Positions 50,598 to 61,463 of a DNA stretch of 64,000 nt are shown here, piece by piece. Every line of letters begins with the position of its first letter. Positions within the stretch are counted from its first letter, which is position 1. This DNA is from Myxococcota bacterium. Its GTDB lineage: Bacteria; Myxococcota_A; SURF-8. The notes beneath the pieces were generated by a model, which was given only the letters and a program-made list of their open reading frames with translations, searched no databases and was not told the DNA's origin. The stretch spans positions 1,920,001-1,984,000 of the forward strand of contig CAXXQS010000001.1 in the NCBI GenBank assembly GCA_963674735.2, written 5' to 3'. The translations under genes and the position numbers were made by a program.

Positions 50598-53500
50598 ATG
50601 AACAGCAACTATCAAAAAGCAATTTATGCTTTGGTGCTAATGCTTGTTGTCGCTTGCGGTACGGGTTGCAAGGTGACAATTGAAAGCCCAACCGGGAGCG
50701 AATTCCTCGAAGGGGAACCAATCCATTTTGCAGCGGAATACAGTGGAACCAGCAGTATAAGCTGGAAAAGCGAATATACGGCTCCCGATGGTTCGACACA
50801 AACTATTTCCGAAACGGATTTCCGCCAAGGTGTTTTAGATATCGGCAAGGGATATCCCTGGGAATTTAGCAAAGCGAATCTTCCCGTGGGGATTCATCTT
50901 ATCACGGCCTACCATAGTGACGACACGGACACGATCTCTCTTGTGGTCCTGGCAAAAAACGGAGCGGGCGTTCCCACCCAAACCACGCTCTCATCAAACA
51001 TAAGCTCCTCGTCCTACGGGGAAGAGATCGAACTCACGGCAATTGTTGGCGGCCAGTGTGAGTCTCCGATCGGCCACGTTCTATTCATCGATGGTAGTTT
51101 CGTGCTCGGTGTCGGTGAGCTAGACACTGACGCTCGAACCAGTTTCACTACGCGGGAACTGAACGTCGGTATGCACGAACTCACCGCCGTCTACCTCGGC
51201 GATTCGACCTGCGCAACTTCCACGAGTTTTATCGTCGATCATGAAGTTATAGCTGCCATTGCTGAAATATCGGTACGCTCATCGCAAAGCCCGTCTCAAA
51301 TTGGGGAGAACGTTATCTTCACGGCCTTCGTTACCGCACCGATTAGTTCAGGAACACCGACCGGATCGGTTACTTTCTTCGATGGTACTGACGAGATCCA
51401 TACAACCGCGCTCGACGGTGCGGGCGAAGCGGCGTTAAATATTGCGACATTTACCGTAGGAACCCACGAAATCTCCGCGCACTATAACGGTAGCACCAAG
51501 CACACAACTGCCGCCAGCGAGGTTCTGTATCATACAGTGGCCCTGGCTTCAACCAGAATCGTGCTCTCAAGTTCTCATAATCCCGCAAGCTACGGTGAGA
51601 GTGTGACCTTTACCGCTACCGTGGTGGCACGGTCCGAGGCGGGGCCATTTATCGGTTCGGTGACTTTCTTCGACGGGACAGAGGTCTTGGGAGAACTCGA
51701 CCTCGACGCCACAGGCCACGTTTCCCTGGAGATCTCGGACCTCAAAATCGGCGCGCATATTGTTACCGCCAAGTTCGATGGCGACGAAACACACACCCAA
51801 GCTCGAAGTGAAGAATTTACTCAGACTATAAACGCTGGACCACCGGATCTGGCACTTGCCGCATCCGCAAGCCCCTCTCGTTTTGGTGAAACTGTGACGT
51901 TTGCCGTAACCGCGTCTACGCCACCCGGAGCGAATATGCCGGAAGGTACGGTAACATTCAATGATGGCAGTTCCGTCATCGGGACGGCCTCCTTTGACGA
52001 TGCCGGTGTCGCATTCATCGAAACTTCTGCGTTAGCTGCGGGAGGGCATCTCATCGTGGCCGCCTACGAGGGTAGCGTTGTGTTCGATGCTGCGAAGAGT
52101 GAACCGATCTTCCATGTAGTCGTACCAGCCGAAGGCGGCACGACGCTCACATCCACCCTCAATGCATCGCGCTTCGGGGACGCTGTCACTTTTACCGCAA
52201 CGGTGGTCGGTCCGGCTGGTACGGGCATCCCTATCGGTGCGGTAACCTTTCGAGACGGGACTGCCATACTCGGCCTGGCTTCCCTCAACACCTCTGGCGA
52301 AGCCGCGATCACAACCACGGCACTCGCTGTGGGTGATCATGAGGTCACGGCAATGTATGGCGGCAGCGAAGAACTCACAGCGTCCACCAGCGAGGTGTTG
52401 ATTCAGGTCGTTGAACGAGGTTTGACCACCGTCTCTATGGTCTTGGCTCCCACTGTTACGCATTTCGGTGAGCGTGTCGACTTGGCGACGAGCGTGCAGG
52501 CACCGACAGGGACAGGGGCGCCAACTGGCTGGATCACCTTTTACGATAATGCCGAAAATATTGGGGCAGCAGCCGTAGACACAAACGGAAATGCAGCTCT
52601 TGCCATATCAGAATTTACGGTGGGTGAGCACGCACTTGAGGTTTCTTATAGCGGCAATGATGCACTTGAACCGGCTTCAAGCGAAGCCATGGTGCTCACG
52701 GTGGAGAAAGCCGTACCGACGATAATGCTCGACGCAGCTCCCAGCCTCTCGCAGTTCGGTGAAACCACAGTACTTAGAGCCTGGGTGTTGCCACCTGCGA
52801 ACGCTGGTCAGGCAACTGGCTCGGTGACCTTCCGCGATGGCGAGGATGTTCTGGGAATGTCGAACTTCGATGAGTTCGGCTTTGCCTCGCTTGAGACAAA
52901 CGTTCTTGATGTCGGTCTACACTCGATCACGGCCACTTACAATGGTAGCGATACGCTCACGTCCGTCGTGAGCGGGAGTGTCGAGCATGTGGTCGTCCCT
53001 GTTGAGGTCAGCGTTCTGATAGCATCCACGCCCAACCCGGCCAGATATGCAGAAACCGTCTCCTTCACCGTAACGGTCGTCACGCCGGAAAATGGTGGTG
53101 CGCCAATTGGTGCAATCATATTTTACGACGGTGAAACCGAACTTACGACGGTCGAACTGGGAGCACACGGCGTTGCGCTTTTTTCGACAGCAGAACTTGC
53201 CGTGGGCCCACACCAAATTAGGGCGGTGTACGGTGGCAGTGAAACATGGAATCCGGCACAGAGTGATACGCTTACCCAACTCGTTGTAGCCGGCACCCCG
53301 GGAGTATCGCTTGCTTCGTCCGTCAATCCTTCCCGTTACGCGGAACCCGTTATCTTTTCCGCCACGGTCATGACTCCTCCGGGAGCTCCTATTCCGACAG
53401 GCACGGTGATGTTCATGGACGGTACGAGCCTCCTTGGGATCGTAGCGCTGGACCTCAATGGTCGGGCCCCCCTAGAAATAACTTTATACTCCTACGGCGT

Positions 53501-56500
53501 TCACACTATCGGCGCGGCCTACAGCGGCGACGGTAACTTCGATTATGCCCAAGCCGACGTTATCCAGCAGTCAGTCCTACCCTCGGAGGGAGGAACGTCG
53601 CTGGTTTCATCTCAGAATCCTTCGCCCTGGGGTGCTAGCCTTACTTTCACTTCCACCGTTCTCGCTTTTGTGGGAGAAGCAATACCGACCGGCGAAGTTA
53701 CTTTCAAAGATGGCGATGATATTCTGGCAACAGTCGAACTCGATGAAGCAGGTGAAGCAGTATTTGAAACCTCGGAGCTTGCCATCGGAACGCACGCGAT
53801 CTCGGCTTACTATGGCGGATGCGAATCCGTTGATCCCTCGCAAAGCGATGTTCTCGATCAAGAGATCGTAGTAGGACCTCCCCAACTCAATCTTATATCG
53901 TCCCTGAATCCGTCAAACTACCAGGAATTGGTTTGCTTCGAAGTTGTTGCCACTGGGCCTCCGGGTTATGACACGCCCACTGGCATCGTGACCTTCTACG
54001 ATGGATACGGTGCCATGGGCATGGAATATCTGGACAATTCGGGCGTCGCCTCTCTCTGTGTAGACTTTCTTCTACCCGGCACGACAATTGTCACCGCAGA
54101 ATATGAAGGCGACGATATTTATGAGACAGGTACTACTCCCGGTCTGGAACAGACTGTCGTATCTTGCCCGTCCATCGTGACGCTCACCTCGCAAGCGAAC
54201 CCGAGCATGATCGGTGAGGGAGTCGGTTTTGATATAGACATAAGCTCATGCCCTATGAGTGTTCTGCCTTCCGGAACCCTCACGTTCATGGATCGTGAGG
54301 CGATCATCGCTACTGCCGATGTCACGTTCGGCCATGCATATGTTGAGGCGTATGATCTTGAGATCGGGATACACGAACTGAAAGCGGTCTACAGCGGGGA
54401 CGAGATGTACCCGGCAGCACAAAGCGACGTCCTGGTCCAGGAAGTCATTCCATGGCCGACAACTACAACCTTATTTGTGTCGGGTTTCGATCCTGTCTAC
54501 GGTGAAACTGCGCACCTTGTAGCACAGGTCTTTACAGAAGGTGGACCTCTTCCGCTCGGCAGCGTGACTTTTTCTCACGATTTTTATCCGTATCAACTAG
54601 GCACAGGCGAACTCGATACCAGCGGTTCGGCCATTCTGACGGTTCCGACGCTCGAAGCAGGTGTCCACTCTCTAAAAGCGATCTATGAACCCTCAAGTTC
54701 GGACTTCGCTACTTCAACTGGTATTATCGAGCAACTTATTCAACGTGCACCGTTATCCATCGTAGCCAGAAATACACCGAGCGAGAGCAGCTACGGCGAG
54801 CCTGTATCGCTCGATATCGATCTAAACTTCCGCCCTGCAATCAACGTTGCGCCATCGGGTTACATCGACGTTTACGACGGTGCAACAATTATAGCTTCCG
54901 CCCGTATTAATGTCGTTGGCGAGGCATCGGTAACGCTTCCGCGATTTGGTGCCGGCACCCATGTCCTTTCCGTAACCTACGCGGGAGACCAGAATTTCCT
55001 GCCAGTGGCAACGGAAGTCCCGCAAATTGTCACTCGCGCCGAGACCGTAACCAGCATCCTGGTATCTCCTGAAACCGGCGTTCGGTACGGACCTCTCACC
55101 TTGGAAATCGGAGTCGCTTCAGTCGTATCCGGACTTGGGAAGCCGACCGGACTTGTTGATAGAATCACCATCGGCGACAGCATGGATATCCCGGGCGGAG
55201 CGCTCAACACAAGCGGTCGCATTACCATTGTGGAAACCGAACGATTCGGAAATGGCACACTCTTGATTTGCACGTCCTATTTAGGAGATGACAATTTCCT
55301 GCCATCGGAGGCTTGCGTGGAACATATCGTCGAGCGAGCTCCATCGTCGATTGTGGTGACCTCCTCGTTGGAGCAACCGGTAGTGGGGCAGGATGTAACA
55401 GTCACGGCTACCGTTGCCTCCGTTGCGTCTCCGATTCTTGGCACTGTGACATTCTTTGATGACGGTGTCGCCATCTCAGAAGCGATCGATGTCGAGAATG
55501 CGACCCTTACAACCTCGACCCTGTCTTCGGGAAACCACACCATCACAGCAATGTTCGATGGTGGAACCGGGGCCTTCGCAAATGCAGAAAGCACCCCTAT
55601 CCAAATCGAAGTGCAGAAAGCCTCAACTACGGTATCGCTTGAGTCGAGTCCTAACCCATCCCGGTTCGGTCAGACAGTCACGCTCACCGCCATGCCGTCC
55701 GTGGTTGCTTTCGGAGCGGAGACACCCACCGGAACCGTTACCTTCAAATGTGGAACGGTCACCTTGGGAACGGCCGAAATCGATGATCTCGGTATAGCCA
55801 CATTTCGGGTAAACACGATTCCAACCGGCGATCACCCCGTTACGGCGGATTATGAAGGCGATAATGACTATATGGGGTCAACCAGCGATATCGTGACTCA
55901 GACCGTCGAGCAGAGCCGCACAGTCGTGACTATCAGTACAGAAAACAATCCCACCATATTCGGTCAGCCGGTAAAAATTGTGGTAAACGTGGGAGCAAGT
56001 TCGCCTGGGCAAGGAATACCAACGGGAACGGTCACCCTTCGTGAAGGGCAAAATATATTGGCCCATGCGTCTCTTGATTCGTTTGGCGAAGCAACCCTTT
56101 CCCTATCTTCCCTTGGAGGCGGTTCCCACGCTTTTGTGGCAAGTTACTCGGGTGATGATAACTTCATCGTTTCCACAAGTGGTGCTTTCACTCAGATTAT
56201 CACACCGGCAGCAACAACAACGTCAATTTCTCTCGCCTATACGTCACCTGTACAATGCGGCGATACACTGACCATGACCGCTACCGTCGCACCGGTAACA
56301 GAGTGCGGTCATATACCACATGGTACAGTTACCTTCTATAATAATTCAACCGAGATTGCAATTGTTCAATTGGATGCCGAAGGCCATGCATCGTTCTCTA
56401 CCAACACCTTATCAATAGGTACGTTCCACTCTTTCAGCGCCACCTTTAACGGAGATACTGATTTTGGAGTGTCAACAAGCGATTCTACAACAGGTGTATA

Positions 56501-59500
56501 TGTAACCAGCATCTCAACCACAACGATTCTTAGTTCAAACACAAATCCTTCAATGTTCGGCCAGGAAGTTCGTTTTACCGCCAGTGTAACCGCTTCGAAC
56601 AACTTCAATGGTTTGAAACCGACAGGTCAGATACGCTTTACGGACTACCCGGAAGGTGGAGGAAGCAACAACTTAGGAGCGGTGGATCTTGACGCTACGG
56701 GTACGGCGACTATCGCAATATCATCGCTATCCATTGGCACACACATTATCAAAGCACAATACATTCCATCTGACTGCCCATTTTCCTCAAGCTATGTCAT
56801 TATTAACCAGGTAGTCGACACCGCCACCACTAACGTGTCGATCGAGTCTAACCTCTCTTCGTCGGTGTTCGGCCAATTCGTCACTTTTACCGCCACGGTA
56901 AACTCTACTGACACGCCCACCGGTACAATCACGTTTATAAACGGTGATACAGATTTGGGAACAGGTACGCTCGATGACAGTGGAATTACAATATTATCCA
57001 CCGATACACTGTCGGTGGGATCTCACAGTATTACTGCGATCTACGGTGGTGATGGCACGCACACCGTCGCCACCAGTGGCACGATTACACAGAATGTGGA
57101 GAAGGCCGACACTTGGGTTGAGCTTACGTCTTCGCTTAACCCATCGAGTTATACACAGTCCGTCACCCTCACCGCGCAGGTCCATACATCGGATCCCGGA
57201 GGCGGTATAGCAAGTGGCGCCATCACTTTTATCGATACACAAAGCGACACGGATGTTGTGGTGGCCATCAATGCCAGCGGTGTTGCGACTCTAACGACCG
57301 ATACCTTTGCCGTGTCAGATGAACACTGGATCACGGCGGCCTACAGTGGTGACGCAAACATGAACATCTCATCATCTGACTCGATCCAACAGGTTGTACA
57401 GCAAGCTTCGACATTGACCACCATAGCATCTGATGCCAATCCATCGACCTACGGCGCAAGCGTGACATTTACGGCTACCGTAACTTCATCCGTCGGCGCT
57501 CCTACGGGCACCGTTTATTTCCAAAAAGACACAACCGTGTTGGGTAGCGGGATGCTCGACGACGAAGGCCATACAACCTGGACGACCGCATCACTGTCGG
57601 CAGGCTCACATGCAATAACAGCCGTATACGAAGGCGCAGGGAACTTCTCGAGTTCAACCAGCGAAGAACTGCAACAGGATGTAGGCAAAGCTTTCACCAC
57701 CACAGCCATCGATATCACTCCAACCCCATCATCATATGGCAGCAACGTGAGATTGAGGGCCACTGTTACCGGTGAGGCGGCCATCATGCCATCCGGAACC
57801 GTGGCCTTCAAGGATCGCGAGACGACAATTGGCACTGCAACACTTGATCTGGGAGGTAGGGCGGAACTCGTTTTGAACACCCTCAACATGGGCGACCATC
57901 GCATAACAACAGTCTATGGTGGCGATGAGCGCTACGCATCCTCAACCAGCACGGAGTGCTTGCACGATGTTTCCAAAGCGGCGACCGCTATCACCATCGC
58001 GGCCACACCCAACCCGGCCAATGTCGGGTCCGAGGTGACTTTCACCATCACCGTCGTATCCGGGGGTGGCATACCTACAGGGACAGTCTCGTATTCTGAT
58101 AGCCGACACAACGGGGGCGCCGCCGTTGATCTTCCTCTCGACGGCACGGGTAAGGCGACCGTGATGTTCCAGGATCTTCGAGACGGTATGCATACCTGTT
58201 CGGCGACATACCTCGGCAACGCCAACTTTGATTGGTCGAGCACAACCGACTTCACACTTGAGGTCGTACAGGCAGAGCTTACTATCTCCGCAACAGACGA
58301 GTCTATAGCGTCACCGCTTCATGCTGGAGGTGGTGAGACAATCTCGCTTACCGCCGTTCTGACCGATTCCTTCACCCCGCTCACCGACAGCATCGTCTGG
58401 TTATTGGGGGCAGGTTCGTCGGGAACGTTTGTCGAAACCGCCACCACAACAGTGGTTGACGGCAAGCAATTCTCAACCATTGTCTACCAAGCTCCTGCAA
58501 ATGTCGGACTACCCGATACGGTCATCGTAAATGCATACCAAGCTGGTGCAATGGCACCGATGGCCTCAGCCTCCGTTTCGATAAAGACTGATCCCCCGAC
58601 TCAGCCCGACATGCAGCCGTTCAATAACGGTGTATCGCGCATGACTCGTGTTGTGGACTTTGCAATGTTCGGTCAAAGCATTCTGCATAACGACAAAAAC
58701 ATTTCGTTACTTGCTCCCTATTCCGCTCATGGCAAGTTCACTCCCGAATTAACAGCCAAACTTGATCAGACTCTTTTTCAGGAAGAGAATTCCGAGGCAA
58801 ATGACACAAAACGCAAGATTGGCCAGGCAGCCAACCTCGACAGCGATATTGAAGAAGAAACGGTTATGTTATCGTGGGAAATAAACTCACCAAGCAACCT
58901 GGCTACGCTCTCAATCTTAGACAAGAATTCTGCAACGGATAACTACGACATTATTCAACCACAACTTCTGAACGCGGAATCGAGAAGTATGACCCTGGAC
59001 GTCGAACCGGATTGTGGGGACAACGACCGACTGTGGGAAACACCAGACTGTTGGGAAACATACGACTACGACCTCGCTCTCGCTGATTTAGACGATGACG
59101 GCTATGCCGAAGTTATAATTACGGGTACCATTGTCTCTCCCTTGCACATGAAAACCCGTACTCAGGATCTGGTGAAGCCAGGCATGATGTGGATCTTCGA
59201 CGACATGCAGTCGAGTGGATCGGGTCAACTTAGATTGCTCAGTCAAACCCGGTTGGATGGAGAACAAATCGAAGGTATAGAATACTACCGAGGCATGCTT
59301 GTCGCGCGCGTGGCAGCAGGCGGCATGCGGAAGGATCGGACTCGGCAGATCGCCGTCGCGTGGATCGACTGGCTTGACTGGAAGATGGGTTGGTGCAGTG
59401 AGAGCGGCAATCGCAACGTATGCGGCATCGATCAGGTTAAATTCCAGATCTTTGACGGTCCGCCGACCGCGCCCACACCACTGGGGGGTATCGGAAAAAC

Positions 59501-61391
59501 CGATGAAGAAACGACCATGATCGGGATGTCGGGGAACCTCGCAACATCGAATATTCTCGGCATTGCAATGGCTGATCTGGATGGCGACAAAATAAAAGAG
59601 CTGATTATCGGAGGGTGGAGTACAAGCTGGGAGGACGATGTCGATGCAGACGGCGTTCACATCCAACTTGAAGTGCGCGCAAGCCTAGAGACGGTTCCGG
59701 TCGGATTAGGCGCTCCCGATCTTCCTATTGTTGTAGATCCCAGTGCGTCTCCACTGGAGTACCGCGTTGAAATCAATCAGCCACCATCACGCTGGTTACA
59801 GCCGCTATATACATTCGCCTCGCCCTCTTCACCACTGGGCGGAAGGGTGCAGCACATTATCGCGGGCAACCACATCGCATCCATCGGGCAGGTTGACACC
59901 AGTTCGCCGGTTGAAGTTCTCTGGGATAATGAACTACCCACTCGTTCTTCAACGGTGGGAGGGGTGAAATACGCCGATGAAGCCAACGTCCAGTCACTTT
60001 TCGACGCACCCGATTATTACCAAAACAACGCTTCATGCTCTGATCCATTCCTATGCTCGTCCTGGCTTGATGTTCGGGCAGGCGACGTGAATGGCGACGC
60101 ACGAGACGACGTGATTGCATACTGGAACGGGGGCGATATAGATGTCTGGGGATGGACTTGTGCAGACGAAGAGGAACCTTGCGAACTGGATTGGAATGAG
60201 TTCTACAATAAATCCGTGACACCTTCTATTTATGGCGGGGCTAACGCCATTCTCGTTCCCACGGCAGTTGACGAGGACTCAACGGTCATCGAATATACGG
60301 GGGAGAATTATGTTGTATACACTAGCAACAAGGTCATCGCGCTTTTGGCTGCGGCTCCGGTGGTGAACGCAGAAATCGAAACAGTAGACGGTTGCCAGCC
60401 CGTTCAGGATAACGAAATCGACACACACACCGGATTTGCTACTTTTTCTTCTTCCGGAAGCAGCAGCGGCTTTACTGCAGGATTCCACGCCGGATTCATT
60501 GTTGGAATGGATGTCGAGATAAGTGTGGGATTCATATGCAATACCGTACTGAGTGCTTTCCGTGCGACCATGGACACACAATTCGAACTTACCCATACAA
60601 GCGAGACAAGCGTCGAGACAACTATCGAGGTCGACTATGTCCAGGGATACTCGGACGATGGTGTGATTTTCTCTACTATGCCCTATACCCGCTTCGTATA
60701 TACGATCACCTCTTCCCTGGACGAGAATTCCATCGGCAAAACCGTATACATCGACGTACCCATGTCTCCACAGATCATGTTAGTAGACCGCGAGATCTTC
60801 AACAATGTCGTCAACCTTGGATCGTACCAAATCACCGACGACCTGCTGTCGCACGCGGCCGGGGACCTGCGAACCTATCCACCTTACTCCGAGTACCCCG
60901 CAGAGACCGTTACAAGTGAGGATCCCATCGATCTTTACAACGGTGTCGCCGTCTATAGCACCATAGAACCTATTACCTACGCGCCGCAGACTTCGGGTCA
61001 AAGCCCACCGCTGTCATCCTATGGAAGCGCTGGCTCCAACGCCGGTATGTCTATCAGCCGTACATGGACCGAGATGGAACAGTGGGAGCAAAATCTGACC
61101 CAGGACTTTGCTGCCGAGGTTAATGTTTCTGGTTTCGTCGCCGGTGTAAACCTAGGTTGGTCAGTGGGCGGCTACCAGACCACAACCATGTCGAACGGTA
61201 TCTCTTTTAGCAGCTCGGTGGGCAGTATTATCAACTCGGCTTATACTTATTTGTTCCGGCTTTACGCCTACAAGCAGACGCTCACCGACGAGGAGGGTAA
61301 CGTGTATCAGAGCTTCTACGTGGCCAACTACGGGGTGGATCCATCAGGCTCGGCGTATAACGGCGCTCCTCCGGCGGAGCAGTGTGATTAG
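50598..61391 (+). CDS. Giant lipoprotein (about 3,600 aa): conserved N-terminal module, about 25 group-3 Ig-like repeats, FG-GAP-like region, C-terminal Ser/Thr-rich beta-hairpin domain
   Basis: AGGAG RBS, ATG 50598; lipobox region VVACGTGC; 25 counted units of L.SS.NPS..G..V.FTA...PTG.VTF.DG...G.H...A.Y.GD; DLDDDG/DLDGDK/DVNGDA motifs. Confidence 0.92.
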   Translation: MNSNYQKAIYALVLMLVVACGTGCKVTIESPTGSEFLEGEPIHFAAEYSGTSSISWKSEYTAPDGSTQTISETDFRQGVLDIGKGYPWEFSKANLPVGIHLITAYHSDDTDTISLVVLAKNGAGVPTQTTLSSNISSSSYGEEIELTAIVGGQCESPIGHVLFIDGSFVLGVGELDTDARTSFTTRELNVGMHELTAVYLGDSTCATSTSFIVDHEVIAAIAEISVRSSQSPSQIGENVIFTAFVTAPISSGTPTGSVTFFDGTDEIHTTALDGAGEAALNIATFTVGTHEISAHYNGSTKHTTAASEVLYHTVALASTRIVLSSSHNPASYGESVTFTATVVARSEAGPFIGSVTFFDGTEVLGELDLDATGHVSLEISDLKIGAHIVTAKFDGDETHTQARSEEFTQTINAGPPDLALAASASPSRFGETVTFAVTASTPPGANMPEGTVTFNDGSSVIGTASFDDAGVAFIETSALAAGGHLIVAAYEGSVVFDAAKSEPIFHVVVPAEGGTTLTSTLNASRFGDAVTFTATVVGPAGTGIPIGAVTFRDGTAILGLASLNTSGEAAITTTALAVGDHEVTAMYGGSEELTASTSEVLIQVVERGLTTVSMVLAPTVTHFGERVDLATSVQAPTGTGAPTGWITFYDNAENIGAAAVDTNGNAALAISEFTVGEHALEVSYSGNDALEPASSEAMVLTVEKAVPTIMLDAAPSLSQFGETTVLRAWVLPPANAGQATGSVTFRDGEDVLGMSNFDEFGFASLETNVLDVGLHSITATYNGSDTLTSVVSGSVEHVVVPVEVSVLIASTPNPARYAETVSFTVTVVTPENGGAPIGAIIFYDGETELTTVELGAHGVALFSTAELAVGPHQIRAVYGGSETWNPAQSDTLTQLVVAGTPGVSLASSVNPSRYAEPVIFSATVMTPPGAPIPTGTVMFMDGTSLLGIVALDLNGRAPLEITLYSYGVHTIGAAYSGDGNFDYAQADVIQQSVLPSEGGTSLVSSQNPSPWGASLTFTSTVLAFVGEAIPTGEVTFKDGDDILATVELDEAGEAVFETSELAIGTHAISAYYGGCESVDPSQSDVLDQEIVVGPPQLNLISSLNPSNYQELVCFEVVATGPPGYDTPTGIVTFYDGYGAMGMEYLDNSGVASLCVDFLLPGTTIVTAEYEGDDIYETGTTPGLEQTVVSCPSIVTLTSQANPSMIGEGVGFDIDISSCPMSVLPSGTLTFMDREAIIATADVTFGHAYVEAYDLEIGIHELKAVYSGDEMYPAAQSDVLVQEVIPWPTTTTLFVSGFDPVYGETAHLVAQVFTEGGPLPLGSVTFSHDFYPYQLGTGELDTSGSAILTVPTLEAGVHSLKAIYEPSSSDFATSTGIIEQLIQRAPLSIVARNTPSESSYGEPVSLDIDLNFRPAINVAPSGYIDVYDGATIIASARINVVGEASVTLPRFGAGTHVLSVTYAGDQNFLPVATEVPQIVTRAETVTSILVSPETGVRYGPLTLEIGVASVVSGLGKPTGLVDRITIGDSMDIPGGALNTSGRITIVETERFGNGTLLICTSYLGDDNFLPSEACVEHIVERAPSSIVVTSSLEQPVVGQDVTVTATVASVASPILGTVTFFDDGVAISEAIDVENATLTTSTLSSGNHTITAMFDGGTGAFANAESTPIQIEVQKASTTVSLESSPNPSRFGQTVTLTAMPSVVAFGAETPTGTVTFKCGTVTLGTAEIDDLGIATFRVNTIPTGDHPVTADYEGDNDYMGSTSDIVTQTVEQSRTVVTISTENNPTIFGQPVKIVVNVGASSPGQGIPTGTVTLREGQNILAHASLDSFGEATLSLSSLGGGSHAFVASYSGDDNFIVSTSGAFTQIITPAATTTSISLAYTSPVQCGDTLTMTATVAPVTECGHIPHGTVTFYNNSTEIAIVQLDAEGHASFSTNTLSIGTFHSFSATFNGDTDFGVSTSDSTTGVYVTSISTTTILSSNTNPSMFGQEVRFTASVTASNNFNGLKPTGQIRFTDYPEGGGSNNLGAVDLDATGTATIAISSLSIGTHIIKAQYIPSDCPFSSSYVIINQVVDTATTNVSIESNLSSSVFGQFVTFTATVNSTDTPTGTITFINGDTDLGTGTLDDSGITILSTDTLSVGSHSITAIYGGDGTHTVATSGTITQNVEKADTWVELTSSLNPSSYTQSVTLTAQVHTSDPGGGIASGAITFIDTQSDTDVVVAINASGVATLTTDTFAVSDEHWITAAYSGDANMNISSSDSIQQVVQQASTLTTIASDANPSTYGASVTFTATVTSSVGAPTGTVYFQKDTTVLGSGMLDDEGHTTWTTASLSAGSHAITAVYEGAGNFSSSTSEELQQDVGKAFTTTAIDITPTPSSYGSNVRLRATVTGEAAIMPSGTVAFKDRETTIGTATLDLGGRAELVLNTLNMGDHRITTVYGGDERYASSTSTECLHDVSKAATAITIAATPNPANVGSEVTFTITVVSGGGIPTGTVSYSDSRHNGGAAVDLPLDGTGKATVMFQDLRDGMHTCSATYLGNANFDWSSTTDFTLEVVQAELTISATDESIASPLHAGGGETISLTAVLTDSFTPLTDSIVWLLGAGSSGTFVETATTTVVDGKQFSTIVYQAPANVGLPDTVIVNAYQAGAMAPMASASVSIKTDPPTQPDMQPFNNGVSRMTRVVDFAMFGQSILHNDKNISLLAPYSAHGKFTPELTAKLDQTLFQEENSEANDTKRKIGQAANLDSDIEEETVMLSWEINSPSNLATLSILDKNSATDNYDIIQPQLLNAESRSMTLDVEPDCGDNDRLWETPDCWETYDYDLALADLDDDGYAEVIITGTIVSPLHMKTRTQDLVKPGMMWIFDDMQSSGSGQLRLLSQTRLDGEQIEGIEYYRGMLVARVAAGGMRKDRTRQIAVAWIDWLDWKMGWCSESGNRNVCGIDQVKFQIFDGPPTAPTPLGGIGKTDEETTMIGMSGNLATSNILGIAMADLDGDKIKELIIGGWSTSWEDDVDADGVHIQLEVRASLETVPVGLGAPDLPIVVDPSASPLEYRVEINQPPSRWLQPLYTFASPSSPLGGRVQHIIAGNHIASIGQVDTSSPVEVLWDNELPTRSSTVGGVKYADEANVQSLFDAPDYYQNNASCSDPFLCSSWLDVRAGDVNGDARDDVIAYWNGGDIDVWGWTCADEEEPCELDWNEFYNKSVTPSIYGGANAILVPTAVDEDSTVIEYTGENYVVYTSNKVIALLAAAPVVNAEIETVDGCQPVQDNEIDTHTGFATFSSSGSSSGFTAGFHAGFIVGMDVEISVGFICNTVLSAFRATMDTQFELTHTSETSVETTIEVDYVQGYSDDGVIFSTMPYTRFVYTITSSLDENSIGKTVYIDVPMSPQIMLVDREIFNNVVNLGSYQITDDLLSHAAGDLRTYPPYSEYPAETVTSEDPIDLYNGVAVYSTIEPITYAPQTSGQSPPLSSYGSAGSNAGMSISRTWTEMEQWEQNLTQDFAAEVNVSGFVAGVNLGWSVGGYQTTTMSNGISFSSSVGSIINSAYTYLFRLYAYKQTLTDEEGNVYQSFYVANYGVDPSGSAYNGAPPAEQCD

Positions 61392-61419
61392 CTAAACCCA
61401 AAGAACCGATGGCCTATCC

Positions 61420-61463
61420 AGCCTGGACGCAGAAGTATTTGTTACAATTACTGCGTTCAGGCT
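61420..61463 (+). terminator. Stem-loop after the giant gene
   Basis: agcctggacgcag ... ctgcgttcaggct inverted repeat; weak U-tract. Confidence 0.5.
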
